21,568 bases of DNA from a virus. Lineage: Duplodnaviria > Heunggongvirae > Uroviricota > Caudoviricetes. The position numbers were made by a program, and so were the translations under genes. Below are positions 8,762-17,049 of the stretch, in pieces; within the stretch, counting starts at the first letter, position 1, and every line of letters begins with the position of its first letter. The notes beneath the pieces were generated by a model. The model saw only the letters and a list, made by a program, of their open reading frames with translations, had not been told where the DNA came from and did not search any database. The stretch is taken from IMG/VR virus record IMGVR_UViG_3300045988_101336, positions 1 to 21,568 of that record; one strand, 5' to 3'.

Positions 8762-9187
8762 ATGAAGAAATTATCCCTTTCACTGATGCTGAACGTGTCG
8801 CTGGCGCTGATGCTGGCACTGTCCCTGATTTACCCGCAGAGCGTGGCCGTCAGTTTTGTCGCCACCTGGGCGATTCTGGCGACGGTTATCTGTGTGGTTG
8901 CCGGTGGTGTCGGGGTGTATGCCACTGAGTATGTACTGGAACGCTACGGGCGGGAGCTTCCGCCGGAATCGCTGGCCGTGAAGATTGTCACGTCGCTGTT
9001 TTTGCAGCCGGTGCCGTGGCGCAGACGGGCGGTGGCTCTGGTGGTGATGGTGGCGACGTTTATCTCGCTGGTCGCTGCCGGGTGGATTTTTACCGCGCTG
9101 ATTTATCTCGTGGCGTCGGTGTTCTTCCGGCTGATACGTACGGCCTGCCGTCAGCGTTTTGAGGGGCGGGAACCATGTCAAAGCTGA
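8762..9187 (+). CDS. lysA: Lysis accessory membrane protein LysA
   Basis: 141-aa highly hydrophobic ORF MKKLSLSLMLNVSLALMLALSLIYPQ... in the P2 lysA position. Confidence 0.8.
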   Translation: MKKLSLSLMLNVSLALMLALSLIYPQSVAVSFVATWAILATVICVVAGGVGVYATEYVLERYGRELPPESLAVKIVTSLFLQPVPWRRRAVALVVMVATFISLVAAGWIFTALIYLVASVFFRLIRTACRQRFEGREPCQS

Positions 9188-9600
9188 TGATTGTGATGGT
9201 TGTGCTGTTATCGCTGGCGGTGGCGGGGCTGTTTCTGGTGAAGCATGAAAACGCCAGCCTGCGCGCCTCGCTGGACAGGGCGAACAACGTCGCCAGCGGG
9301 CAGCAGACGACCATCACCATGCTGCAAAATCAGCTTCATGTTGCCATCACCAGGGCAGACAAAAACGAGCTGGCGCAGGTGGCACTGCGTCAGGAACTGG
9401 AGAACGCCGCGAAGCGTGAAGCACAGCGCGAGAAAACCATCACGAGGTTACTTAATGAAAACGAAGATTTTCGCCGCTGGTACGGTGCTGACCTGCCTGA
9501 TGCTGTGCGCCGGTTGCACCAGCGTCCGGCCTGCACCGACGCCAGTGATTGTCGCCAACGCCTGCCCGAAAGTGAGTCTTTGCCCGATGCCGGGCAGTGA
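9175..9600 (+). CDS. lysB: LysB, Rz-like inner-membrane spanin
   Basis: 141-aa ORF with an N-terminal transmembrane helix (MSKLMIVMVVLLSLAVAGLFLV) followed by a coiled-coil-like region; P2 lysB position. Confidence 0.8.
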   Translation: MSKLMIVMVVLLSLAVAGLFLVKHENASLRASLDRANNVASGQQTTITMLQNQLHVAITRADKNELAQVALRQELENAAKREAQREKTITRLLNENEDFRRWYGADLPDAVRRLHQRPACTDASDCRQRLPESESLPDAGQ

Positions 9601-9745
9601 CCCGCAGACGAACGGCGATTTAAGTGCTGATATCAGGCAGCTTGAGAACGCGCTGGCACGCTGTGCCAGCCAGGTAAAAATGATTAAACACTGTCAGGAC
9701 GAAAACGATGCTCAAACCCGACAGCCTGCGCAGGGCGTTGACTGA
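9455..9745 (+). CDS. lysC: LysC, Rz1-like outer-membrane lipoprotein spanin (nested in the +1 frame of lysB)
   Basis: ATG at 9455 gives MKTKIFAAGTVLTCLMLCAGCTSVRPAPTPV... with a lipobox (LCAGC). It starts inside lysB in another frame and extends past its stop. The track ORF 9245..9745 carries a long upstream extension judged non-coding. Confidence 0.75.
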   Translation: MKTKIFAAGTVLTCLMLCAGCTSVRPAPTPVIVANACPKVSLCPMPGSDPQTNGDLSADIRQLENALARCASQVKMIKHCQDENDAQTRQPAQGVD

Positions 9746-10175
9746 TGCCGTCACGGTGCTGAAAACTAACCCCGATATGCTGCGGATATTCGTGGATAAC
9801 GGGAGTATTGCCTCCACACTGGCGACGTCGCTGTCGTTCGAAAAGCGTTACACGCTCAATGTGATTGTGACCGACTTTACCGGTGATTTTGACCTGCTCA
9901 TCGTGCCGGTGCTGGCGTGGCTGCGGGAAAATCAGCCCGACATCATGACCACCGACGAAGGCCAGAAAAAGGGCTTCACGTTTTATGCAGACATCAACAA
10001 TGACAGCAGCTTTGATATCAGCATCAGCCTGATGCTGACCGAGCGCACGCTGGTCAGTGAGGTGGACGGCGCGCTGCATGTGAAGAATATCCCTGAACCT
10101 CCGCCGCCGGAGCCGGTTACCCGCCCGATGGAGCTGTATATCAATGGCGAACTGGTGAGCAAGTGGGATGAATGA
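9708..10175 (+). CDS. R: Tail completion protein R (P2 gpR-like)
   Basis: 155-aa ORF MLKPDSLRRALTDAVTVLKTNPDMLRIFVDNGSIAST... Confidence 0.88.
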   Translation: MLKPDSLRRALTDAVTVLKTNPDMLRIFVDNGSIASTLATSLSFEKRYTLNVIVTDFTGDFDLLIVPVLAWLRENQPDIMTTDEGQKKGFTFYADINNDSSFDISISLMLTERTLVSEVDGALHVKNIPEPPPPEPVTRPMELYINGELVSKWDE

Positions 10176-10617
10176 GTTTAAGCGTTTTGAAGACCGGCTG
10201 ACCGGACTGATTGAGTCGCTGTCACCGTCAGGGCGTCGGCGACTGAGTGCCGAACTGGCGAAACGTCTGCGTCAGAGTCAGCAGCGTCGGGTGATGGCAC
10301 AGAAAGCCCCGGACGGCACACCCTACGCACCACGCCAGCAGCAGAGCGCCAGAAAAAAGACCGGTCGCGTTAAACGAAAAATGTTTGCGAAACTTATCAC
10401 CAGTCGTTTTTTGCATATCCGCGCCAGCCCGGAACAGGCATCAATGGAGTTTTACGGCGGAAAGTCACCGAAAATCGCCAGTGTGCATCAGTTCGGTCTG
10501 TCGGAAGAAAACCGGAAAGACGGTAAGAAAATTGATTATCCGGCGCGTCCTCTGCTCGGCTTTACCGGTGAGGATGTGCAGATGATTGAAGGGATTATCT
10601 CTAACCATCTAGAATAA
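10168..10617 (+). CDS. S: Tail completion protein S (P2 gpS-like)
   Basis: 149-aa ORF MNEFKRFEDRLTGLIESLSPSGRRRLSAELAKRLRQSQQRR...; overlaps the R stop. Confidence 0.88.
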   Translation: MNEFKRFEDRLTGLIESLSPSGRRRLSAELAKRLRQSQQRRVMAQKAPDGTPYAPRQQQSARKKTGRVKRKMFAKLITSRFLHIRASPEQASMEFYGGKSPKIASVHQFGLSEENRKDGKKIDYPARPLLGFTGEDVQMIEGIISNHLE

Positions 10618-10666
10618 AAACATAGTTAATCATCATTGGTGAAATCATTAGGGGGGCAATCGCTTG

Positions 10667-10697
10667 TTGACTTGAAAATAGCGAAAAAAAATATTAT
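10667..10697 (+). promoter_or_regulatory. Candidate sigma70-type promoter for the cargo gene
   Basis: TTGACT at 10667-10672 and TATTAT at 10692-10697 in the AT-rich leader, followed by a weak SD (AAGGG) before the ATG at 10733. The 19-bp spacer is suboptimal, so this is a guess. Confidence 0.3.
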
Positions 10698-10732
10698 AGA
10701 TCATCCTTTTACACTAATCTTAAAGGGAATAT

Positions 10733-12259
10733 ATGCGCGAACCAGTGTATTTAGAAGATGTCTTTAAACTTTCGGGTATCCCGACAATTACTTTTGTTGA
10801 ACCTAACGAGTATAAACACCTCTATGTGTCGATAAGAACAGCGGGAAGAGGGGTAATTATTGAAGGGCCATCAGGTATAGGGAAGACGACTTGCGTAAGA
10901 CAGGTTATTGAAAAGTTAAAATTCGAGACCAGTAGTCGGATAATTAAAGAGTTTAAAGTATTGTCTGGAAGGAAAAAGGAAGATAAAGCCCAGATTGAAA
11001 ATATAATAACAACGAGTGGTTTCGGTGGGGTGATTATTGATGATTTTCATAAGTTAGATGATGAGTTGAAGCATAAAATATCTGACTTGCTGAAAAATTT
11101 AGCGGATGAACAACCCTTAGATTCTAAGTTGATTATTATAGGTATAAATAAAACAGGCAAATCACTGATTGATTTATCACCGGATTTACTAAATCGAATC
11201 TCCATTGTTAAATTTGAGTCCAATCCGGAATATAAGGTCAGGGAGTTGCTAGAAAAAGGTGAGAATGCGCTTAATTTCAAATTAAATGTAAAAGAAGATA
11301 TTGTAAAGGACTCGGATGGGGCATTTCATCTGGCGCAAATGTTGGCTTATAATGCTTGTTTACAGGCTGATATCACAGAAGAGTTAGAATCTCCTCGGGA
11401 AACAAATATTAGCTATGAATCACTTAAAGAAACAGTGATTCAGGATCTTAGCTATAGATTCAATGATATAGTCGTTCGCTTTGTGAAAGGCCAGCGGGTT
11501 AAAAAGGGTAGTAGAGCTCCATATCTCCACGTTTTATATTGGTTATCTAAAGAAGATGAGCGTTCTTTAAATTTGACAAGTTATTTAATTAACAATCCTA
11601 ATCATCGTAATAGCGTTGGGCAAATTCTGACGCGAGGCCATTTAAAAACGCATTATGAGAGCAATCCTGATTTTTCGGATGTTATTCATTATAATGATGA
11701 AACTACGGAGATTTCAATCGAAGATCCCAAGTTTTATTATTATATAAAGAATTTGTTATGGAGCAAGCTTGCGGAGAAGATAGGTTTCACATCATTTGAG
11801 TTTAAGTCGAAATATGACTTTGCTTTATCATTTGCTGGAGCTAATAGAAATCATGCGGAATATTTAAATCAAAAGCTGATTGAGAATGAGTTATCTGTTT
11901 TTTATGATTTCAATGAGCAGGCCAGAATACTTTCTGAAGATGTAGAACAATATCTTGCTCCAATTTATAGGAGTGAGTCTGTTTTTGTAATTCCGTTTTT
12001 GAGTAGGGATTATCCAACTAGAATATGGTGCAAATTTGAAGGTGATACATTTAGGGATAGATTTGGTGATGGGTGTGTTATTCCTTTAAGATATAGTGAT
12101 GCACCTGTTGGCATGTTTGATACTGCCAATGGCATTGGAGGTTTTACCATAAATCCTAGTGAGGATATATACGCACAGCTAGATACATTTGCAAACTTGC
12201 TTGTTGAAAAAATATGTGAAAAAAGAATGCTCTTAAATGGAAAAGAGAATGAAGAATAA
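10733..12259 (+). CDS. P-loop NTPase (Walker A/B) fused to a C-terminal TIR-like domain; candidate single-gene anti-phage defence (abortive infection) protein in the S-V variable locus
   Basis: 508-aa ORF, strongly AT-rich, between backbone genes S and V. Walker A GPSGIGKTT (K51, codon 10883-10885); Walker B-like GGVIIDDFH (D103/D104). C-terminal ~150 aa (from about residue 358, roughly nt 11804 onward) reads YDFALSFAGANRNHAEYLNQKLIENELSVFYDF...SVFVIPFLSRDYPTRIWCKFEGDTF, which matches the pattern of bacterial TIR domains, with a candidate catalytic Glu at E436. Domain calls are by eye, without HMM confirmation. Confidence 0.7.
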   Translation: MREPVYLEDVFKLSGIPTITFVEPNEYKHLYVSIRTAGRGVIIEGPSGIGKTTCVRQVIEKLKFETSSRIIKEFKVLSGRKKEDKAQIENIITTSGFGGVIIDDFHKLDDELKHKISDLLKNLADEQPLDSKLIIIGINKTGKSLIDLSPDLLNRISIVKFESNPEYKVRELLEKGENALNFKLNVKEDIVKDSDGAFHLAQMLAYNACLQADITEELESPRETNISYESLKETVIQDLSYRFNDIVVRFVKGQRVKKGSRAPYLHVLYWLSKEDERSLNLTSYLINNPNHRNSVGQILTRGHLKTHYESNPDFSDVIHYNDETTEISIEDPKFYYYIKNLLWSKLAEKIGFTSFEFKSKYDFALSFAGANRNHAEYLNQKLIENELSVFYDFNEQARILSEDVEQYLAPIYRSESVFVIPFLSRDYPTRIWCKFEGDTFRDRFGDGCVIPLRYSDAPVGMFDTANGIGGFTINPSEDIYAQLDTFANLLVEKICEKRMLLNGKENEE

Positions 12260-12276
12260 CACACAAAATATGCTGT

Positions 12277-12294
12277 TGTGTCAGCTATAGTACA
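12277..12294 (+). promoter_or_regulatory. Candidate P2 late-promoter activator (Ogr-type) site, TGT-N12-ACA, upstream of V
   Basis: Exact TGT (12277-12279) - 12 nt - ACA (12292-12294), the dyad described for P2 late promoters, about 50-65 bp upstream of the V start. It is closer to the ATG than the usual -55 position would predict, hence low confidence. Confidence 0.3.
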
Positions 12295-12341
12295 TAATGG
12301 GAGGTTTGCCGTGCTGCTTTCTTGGCGGCATCCTTCCCGTT

Positions 12342-12977
12342 ATGAACACTCTCGCAAATATTCAGGAACTCGCGCGCGCACTGCGCAACATGATTCGTAC
12401 CGGCCTTGTCGTCGAAACCAACCTTAAAGCCGGTCGCTGCCGTGTGCAGACCGGTGGCATGTGCACCGACTGGCTTCAGTGGCTGACCCATCGCGCCGGG
12501 CGTTCGCGCACATGGTGGGCACCTTCCGTGGGGGAACAGGTGCTGATTCTGGCCGTGGGCGGTGAACTCGACACGGCGTTCGTTCTGCCGGGGATTTATT
12601 CCGGCGATAACCGCGCGCCGTCTGCGTCGGCGGATGCCCTGCATATCCGTTTCCCTGACGGGGCGGTGATTGAGTATGAACCCGAAACCAGTGCACTCAC
12701 GGTAAGCGGAATTAAAACGGCCAGCGTGACGGCTTCTGATTCTGTTACTGCCACGGTACCGGTGGTCACGGTGAAAGCGTCAACCCGTGTCACCCTGGAC
12801 ACACCGGAAGTGGTCTGCACTAACAAACTGACTACCGGCACGCTGGAAGTGCAGAAGGGCGGGACGATGCGCGGCAACATTGAACACACCGGCGGTGAAC
12901 TCTCATCAAACGGTAAGGTACTGCATACCCACAAACACCCCGGCGACAGCGGCGGCACAACCGGGAGTCCTTTATGA
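12342..12977 (+). CDS. V: Baseplate spike protein (P2 gpV-like)
   Basis: ATG at 12342 gives MNTLANIQELARALRNMIRTGLVVETNLKAGRCRVQTGGMCTDWLQW... (211 aa). The track ORF 12297..12977 has an upstream extension. Confidence 0.9.
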   Translation: MNTLANIQELARALRNMIRTGLVVETNLKAGRCRVQTGGMCTDWLQWLTHRAGRSRTWWAPSVGEQVLILAVGGELDTAFVLPGIYSGDNRAPSASADALHIRFPDGAVIEYEPETSALTVSGIKTASVTASDSVTATVPVVTVKASTRVTLDTPEVVCTNKLTTGTLEVQKGGTMRGNIEHTGGELSSNGKVLHTHKHPGDSGGTTGSPL

Positions 12978-13321
12978 CAGCGCGTTATCTCGGAATGAAT
13001 CGCAGTGATGGCCTGACGGTCACTGACCTTGAGCATATCAGCCAGAGTATCGGCGATATCCTGCGCACACCGGTCGGCTCACGGGTGATGCGTCGTGATT
13101 ACGGCTCGTTGCTGGCGTCAATGATTGACCAGCCGCAGACTCCGGCGCTTGAGTTGCAGATTAAGGTCGCCTGTTACATGGCAGTGCTGAAATGGGAACC
13201 CCGCGTCACCCTGTCATCCGTCACCACTGAGCGCAGTTTTGACGGGCGAATGACGGTCACGTTAACCGGCCAGCACAACGACACCGGCCAGCCACTTTCG
13301 TTAACCATCCCTGTGAGTTGA
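12974..13321 (+). CDS. W: Baseplate wedge protein (P2 gpW-like)
   Basis: 115-aa ORF MTARYLGMNRSDGLTVTDLEHISQSIGDILRTPVGSRV...; start overlaps the V stop (ATGA). Confidence 0.9.
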   Translation: MTARYLGMNRSDGLTVTDLEHISQSIGDILRTPVGSRVMRRDYGSLLASMIDQPQTPALELQIKVACYMAVLKWEPRVTLSSVTTERSFDGRMTVTLTGQHNDTGQPLSLTIPVS

Positions 13322-13325
13322 AATC

Positions 13326-14234
13326 ATGCCGATTATCGACCTGAACCAGCTACCCGCACCGGATGTGGTCGAGGAGCTGGACTTTGAAACCATTCTCGCC
13401 GAACGCAAGGCGACACTGATTTCCCTTTACCCGGAAGACCAGCAGGAGGCGGTCGCCCGTACCCTGACGCTGGAATCTGAGCCTCTCGTCAAACTGCTGG
13501 AGGAAAATGCTTATCGTGAGCTTATCTGGCGTCAGCGTGTGAATGAGGCCGCACGGGCGGTGATGCTGGCCTGTGCTGCCGGTAATGACCTTGATGTGAT
13601 TGGTGCCAATTACAACACCACGCGCCTGATTATCACCCCGGCAGATGATTCGACCCTCCCGCCGACACCGGCAGTGATGGAATCTGACACCGATTATCGT
13701 CTGCGTATTCAGCAGGCGTTTGAAGGTTTAAGCGTCGCCGGGTCGGTGGGTGCCTATCAGTATCATGGCCGCAGTGCCGACGGGCGTGTCGCGGATATCT
13801 CTGTCACCAGTCCGTCTCCGGCCTGCGTCACTATCTCTGTGCTGTCACGTGAAAATAACGGCGTCGCATCCGAAGACCTGCTGGCCGTGGTGCGTAACGC
13901 CCTTAATGGCGAGGACGTCAGGCCGGTGGCCGACCGCGTGACCGTGCAGTCTGCCGCCATCGTTGAATACCAGATAAACGCCACGCTGTATCTTTACCCT
14001 GGTCCCGAAAGCGAACCCATCCGCGCTGCCGCCGTGAAAAAACTGGAAGCGTATATCACGGCACAGCACCGGCTGGGGCGCGACATCCGTCTGTCTGCCA
14101 TTTATGCCGCTTTGCATGTGGAAGGCGTGCAGCGTGTCGAACTGGCTGCACCGCTGGCCGACATCGTGCTCAACAATACGCAGGCGTCTTTCTGTACCGA
14201 ATACAGCGTCGTGACCGGAGGCTCGGATGAGTGA
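13326..14234 (+). CDS. J: Baseplate assembly protein (P2 gpJ-like)
   Basis: 302-aa ORF MPIIDLNQLPAPDVVEELDFETILAERKATLISLYPEDQQ... Confidence 0.9.
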   Translation: MPIIDLNQLPAPDVVEELDFETILAERKATLISLYPEDQQEAVARTLTLESEPLVKLLEENAYRELIWRQRVNEAARAVMLACAAGNDLDVIGANYNTTRLIITPADDSTLPPTPAVMESDTDYRLRIQQAFEGLSVAGSVGAYQYHGRSADGRVADISVTSPSPACVTISVLSRENNGVASEDLLAVVRNALNGEDVRPVADRVTVQSAAIVEYQINATLYLYPGPESEPIRAAAVKKLEAYITAQHRLGRDIRLSAIYAALHVEGVQRVELAAPLADIVLNNTQASFCTEYSVVTGGSDE

Positions 14235-14838
14235 TTCGCGACTGCTGCCGACCGGCTCATCACTGCTTGAAGTTGCCGCCGCAAAAGCCTGTGCGGAAAT
14301 TGAAAAAACGCCGGTCAGTATTCGTGAGCTGTGGAACCCGGATACCTGTCCGGCAAATCTGCTGCCGTGGCTGGCGTGGTCATTTTCGGTTGACCGCTGG
14401 GATGATAAGTGGCCGGAAGCGACAAAACGCGCTGTTATCCGCGATGCGTATTTCATTCACTGCCATAAGGGCACTATTGGTGCGATTCGCCGTGTGGTGG
14501 AGCCGCTCGGCTATCTGATTGAGGTGAGGGAGTGGTGGCAGCTCAACGAGGAGCCGGGGACGTTCCGCATCGTTGTTGGCGTGCTTGAGCAGGGTATTAC
14601 CGAGGAAATGTATCAGGAGCTGGAGCGCCTCGTTGCTGATGCAAAACCGGCGAGCCGCCATCTGACGGGACTGGCTATCAGTTTAAGTACAACCGGCAAC
14701 ATTTTTGCCGGTGCGGGATGCTATCACGGTGACGCCCTGACGGTTTATCCCTACACCCCGGAGGCCATTATTGTCGGAGGGGATTATTTCCCGGCCTCGG
14801 CCATTCATTTAATTGATAACCTGAGAGTAAACGCATGA
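14227..14838 (+). CDS. I: Baseplate protein (P2 gpI-like)
   Basis: 203-aa [56 protein letters not shown]...; overlaps the J stop. Confidence 0.88.
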   Translation: MSDSRLLPTGSSLLEVAAAKACAEIEKTPVSIRELWNPDTCPANLLPWLAWSFSVDRWDDKWPEATKRAVIRDAYFIHCHKGTIGAIRRVVEPLGYLIEVREWWQLNEEPGTFRIVVGVLEQGITEEMYQELERLVADAKPASRHLTGLAISLSTTGNIFAGAGCYHGDALTVYPYTPEAIIVGGDYFPASAIHLIDNLRVNA

Positions 14839-16013
14839 CAGTGAAATACTACGCCATTCTGACTAATCAGGGCGCAGCACGGCTGGCTAACGCGACGATG
14901 CTCGGCAGTAAGCTGAATCTGACGCAAATGGCCGTTGGTGATGCGAATGGTGTCTTGCCGACACCAGACCCGGCACAGACAAAACTGATTAATCAGAAAC
15001 GCATTGCACCGCTGAATCTTCTGAGTGTTGACCCGAACAACCAGAGCCAGATTATTGCGGAGCAAATCATCCCTGAGAACGAGGGCGGATTCTGGATCCG
15101 TGAGATTGGGCTTTATGATGATGAAGGCGTACTCATTGCGGTGGCAAACTGCCCGGAAACGTACAAACCGCAGTTGCAGGAAGGAAGCGGTCGTACCCAG
15201 ACTATCCGCATGATTCTGGTTGTCTCGAATACCGAAGCCATCACGCTGAAAATCGACCCGTCGGTGGTACTGGCGACCCGTAAATACGTGGATGATGAAG
15301 TCCTGGAATTAAGGCTGTATGTGGATGACCAGATGAGAAACCACATTGCCGCACAGGATCCTCATACCCAGTATGCACAGAAACATAATCCGACATTTAC
15401 CGGAGAACCAAAAGCGCCGACGCCTGCCGCAGGAAATAACACCACGCGGATTGCGACCACTGCGTTTGTTCAGGCCGCTATTACCGCTCTGATTAACGGT
15501 GCGCCAGCCACGCTGGACACACTGAAAGAAATTGCCGCAGCCATTAACAATGACCCGAAATTCAGCACCACCATTAACAATGCGCTGTCAGGTAAGCAGC
15601 CACTGGATGAGACGCTGACTCATTTGAGCGGAAAGGATGTTGCCGGCCTTCTCGCATACCTTGGTTTGGGAGAAGCGGCAAAACGGGATGTGGGGACAGG
15701 GACGAATCAGATACCTGATATGGGTAGCTTCACGCTTTCTGTTTCAGGTACTGGATATCAAAAATTACCATCTGGTTTTATTCTTCAGTGGGGCTCAATC
15801 GGCGCACCAGGTATTGCACAGGATGTGGTAACCCATTTTCCGATTGCATTTCCAAACCGATGTCTGCGTGTTTTGGTCTCACAAGACTACACACCAGATA
15901 GCGGGGCTGTTGGTTATATTGCCTGCGCAGGTTTTAGTTCCGACCCGGTTAAATTTATATCCAGAGCCAGTACTCCTGGCCTCGGCGCTTCATTTTTAGC
16001 GTTAGGCTGTTAA
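14835..16013 (+). CDS. H: Tail fibre protein (P2 gpH-like constant N-terminus, residues 1-~276, fused to a variable receptor-binding tip, currently expressed orientation)
   Basis: 392-aa [53 protein letters not shown]..., a conserved P2 H-like N-terminus. The C-terminal ~116 aa lie inside the invertible segment, downstream of the recombination site at 15649-15674. Confidence 0.85.
   Translation: MTVKYYAILTNQGAARLANATMLGSKLNLTQMAVGDANGVLPTPDPAQTKLINQKRIAPLNLLSVDPNNQSQIIAEQIIPENEGGFWIREIGLYDDEGVLIAVANCPETYKPQLQEGSGRTQTIRMILVVSNTEAITLKIDPSVVLATRKYVDDEVLELRLYVDDQMRNHIAAQDPHTQYAQKHNPTFTGEPKAPTPAAGNNTTRIATTAFVQAAITALINGAPATLDTLKEIAAAINNDPKFSTTINNALSGKQPLDETLTHLSGKDVAGLLAYLGLGEAAKRDVGTGTNQIPDMGSFTLSVSGTGYQKLPSGFILQWGSIGAPGIAQDVVTHFPIAFPNRCLRVLVSQDYTPDSGAVGYIACAGFSSDPVKFISRASTPGLGASFLALGC
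15649..15674. repeat. Left invertase recombination site (hix/gix-like, 26 bp) inside the tail fibre gene
   Basis: TTCTCGCATACC TT GGTTTGGGAGAA: two 12-bp half-sites around a central TT, following the Hin/Gin site pattern (TTxTCxxxAACC / GGTTTxxxxGAA). It is an inverted repeat of the site at 17517-17542. Confidence 0.7.
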
Positions 16014-16034
16014 TTTAGCCATATGGAGTGAAAA

Positions 16035-16475
16035 ATGAATTACATATATTCCGCGACTACAAACTCTTTCTATCCGCTGGAGATGAAAGAGGATTACACT
16101 CAAGCTGACTCATGGCCAGATGATGCTGTTGAAGTTGATGAGCAAGCGTATATTGAGTTTTCCGGATTACCGCCGAAAGGAAAAATCCGTATCGCTGGAG
16201 AAAATGGTTTTCCTGCATGGTCTGAAATTCCACCACCAACACATGAGGAACAGATTGCTGCAGCCGAACTGGAAAAGCAGCAACTGATTAATCAGGCCAA
16301 CGATTATATGAACAGTAAACAATGGCCTGGTAAAGCGGCTATTGGTCGTCTGAAAGGTGAGGAACTGGCGCAATATAATTTGTGGCTGGATTATCTGGAC
16401 GCACTGGAGCTGGTCGATACTTCCGGTGCGCCAGATATTGAATGGCCTACGCCTCCGGCAGTTCAGGCCAGATGA
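16035..16475 (+). CDS. G: Tail fibre assembly chaperone (Tfa / P2 gpG-like) for the currently expressed fibre tip
   Basis: 146-aa ORF directly downstream of H, with the typical Tfa C-terminus (...LWLDYLDALELVDTSGAPDIEWPTPPAVQ). Confidence 0.8.
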   Translation: MNYIYSATTNSFYPLEMKEDYTQADSWPDDAVEVDEQAYIEFSGLPPKGKIRIAGENGFPAWSEIPPPTHEEQIAAAELEKQQLINQANDYMNSKQWPGKAAIGRLKGEELAQYNLWLDYLDALELVDTSGAPDIEWPTPPAVQAR

Positions 16476-17049
16476 CATCCGGCGCGGTGCTGGTATCTGT
16501 TGCCGTCACCGCGTCAATGTAATCCAGCACAGCGTTAAGGCGGGTTGTTTCTGCCTGCGTCAGTTTACGTCCGGCCTGCAATTTCAGCTGAATCAGACTG
16601 ATGGAGGCCATTGCAGTATCAATCAGTGACTGACGCTGTGCTTCTGCCGCGTCTACTGCGGCGCTATGCTGTGCCTCAGTATCGGTCACCCATTTCTCAC
16701 CATCCCATTTATCGTATGGCGTTAATGGGGCGATAGTGGTTGTATTTTCGGGGTAATCACCCGGTGCTGTGATTTCTTTGGCATCTCCCGTTTCGGTGTT
16801 ATAGACGATTTCACCGCGATGGTCTGGCACATATTCCCATGAGTTTAAATCCATCGAACGGCAGATAGCATAACCAGCCTTATGTGTACCAGGAGCATCT
16901 AAACAGGAATATGCAGGAATACCGACACCAATGGCAAGATATTCATTTGAAGTGGAAATATATTCCCGAGTTTCACCATCATAGTTATAGACGGTAATAT
17001 TCCCCGCCTTCGTGGCAATAAGCTCGCTATTTAATACGGCGTTATCCAT
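16447..17049 (-). CDS. Alternative tail fibre assembly chaperone (Tfa') belonging to the silent fibre cassette
   Basis: 200-aa minus-strand ORF with a Tfa-like C-terminus (...RLNAVLDYIDAVTATDTSTAPDVIWPELPEA). Convergent with tfa, overlapping it tail-to-tail by 29 bp (16447-16475). Confidence 0.75.
   Translation of the reverse strand: MDNAVLNSELIATKAGNITVYNYDGETREYISTSNEYLAIGVGIPAYSCLDAPGTHKAGYAICRSMDLNSWEYVPDHRGEIVYNTETGDAKEITAPGDYPENTTTIAPLTPYDKWDGEKWVTDTEAQHSAAVDAAEAQRQSLIDTAMASISLIQLKLQAGRKLTQAETTRLNAVLDYIDAVTATDTSTAPDVIWPELPEA

Noticed and set aside
9245-9454. Upstream 70-codon extension of the lysC reading frame reported by the ORF track
   Set aside because: The recognisable LysC lipoprotein begins at the ATG at 9455 (MKTKIF...); the upstream part is just the +1 frame of lysB without a real start.
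12261-12281. Short hairpin (ACACAA ... TTGTGT) right after the cargo gene stop, considered as a terminator
   Set aside because: Only a 6-bp AT-rich stem with a 9-nt loop and no following T-tract; too weak to call.
13845-14456. 203-aa minus-strand ORF spanning the J/I junction, plus minus-strand ORFs at 12285-13036 inside V
   Set aside because: Antisense to conserved baseplate genes; no independent support.
16447-16475. 29-bp tail-to-tail overlap of tfa and tfa' considered as a possible extra recombination or regulatory site
   Set aside because: It simply reflects convergent chaperone genes sharing their 3' ends, as in other invertible fibre cassettes; there is no dyad resembling the 26-bp sites.
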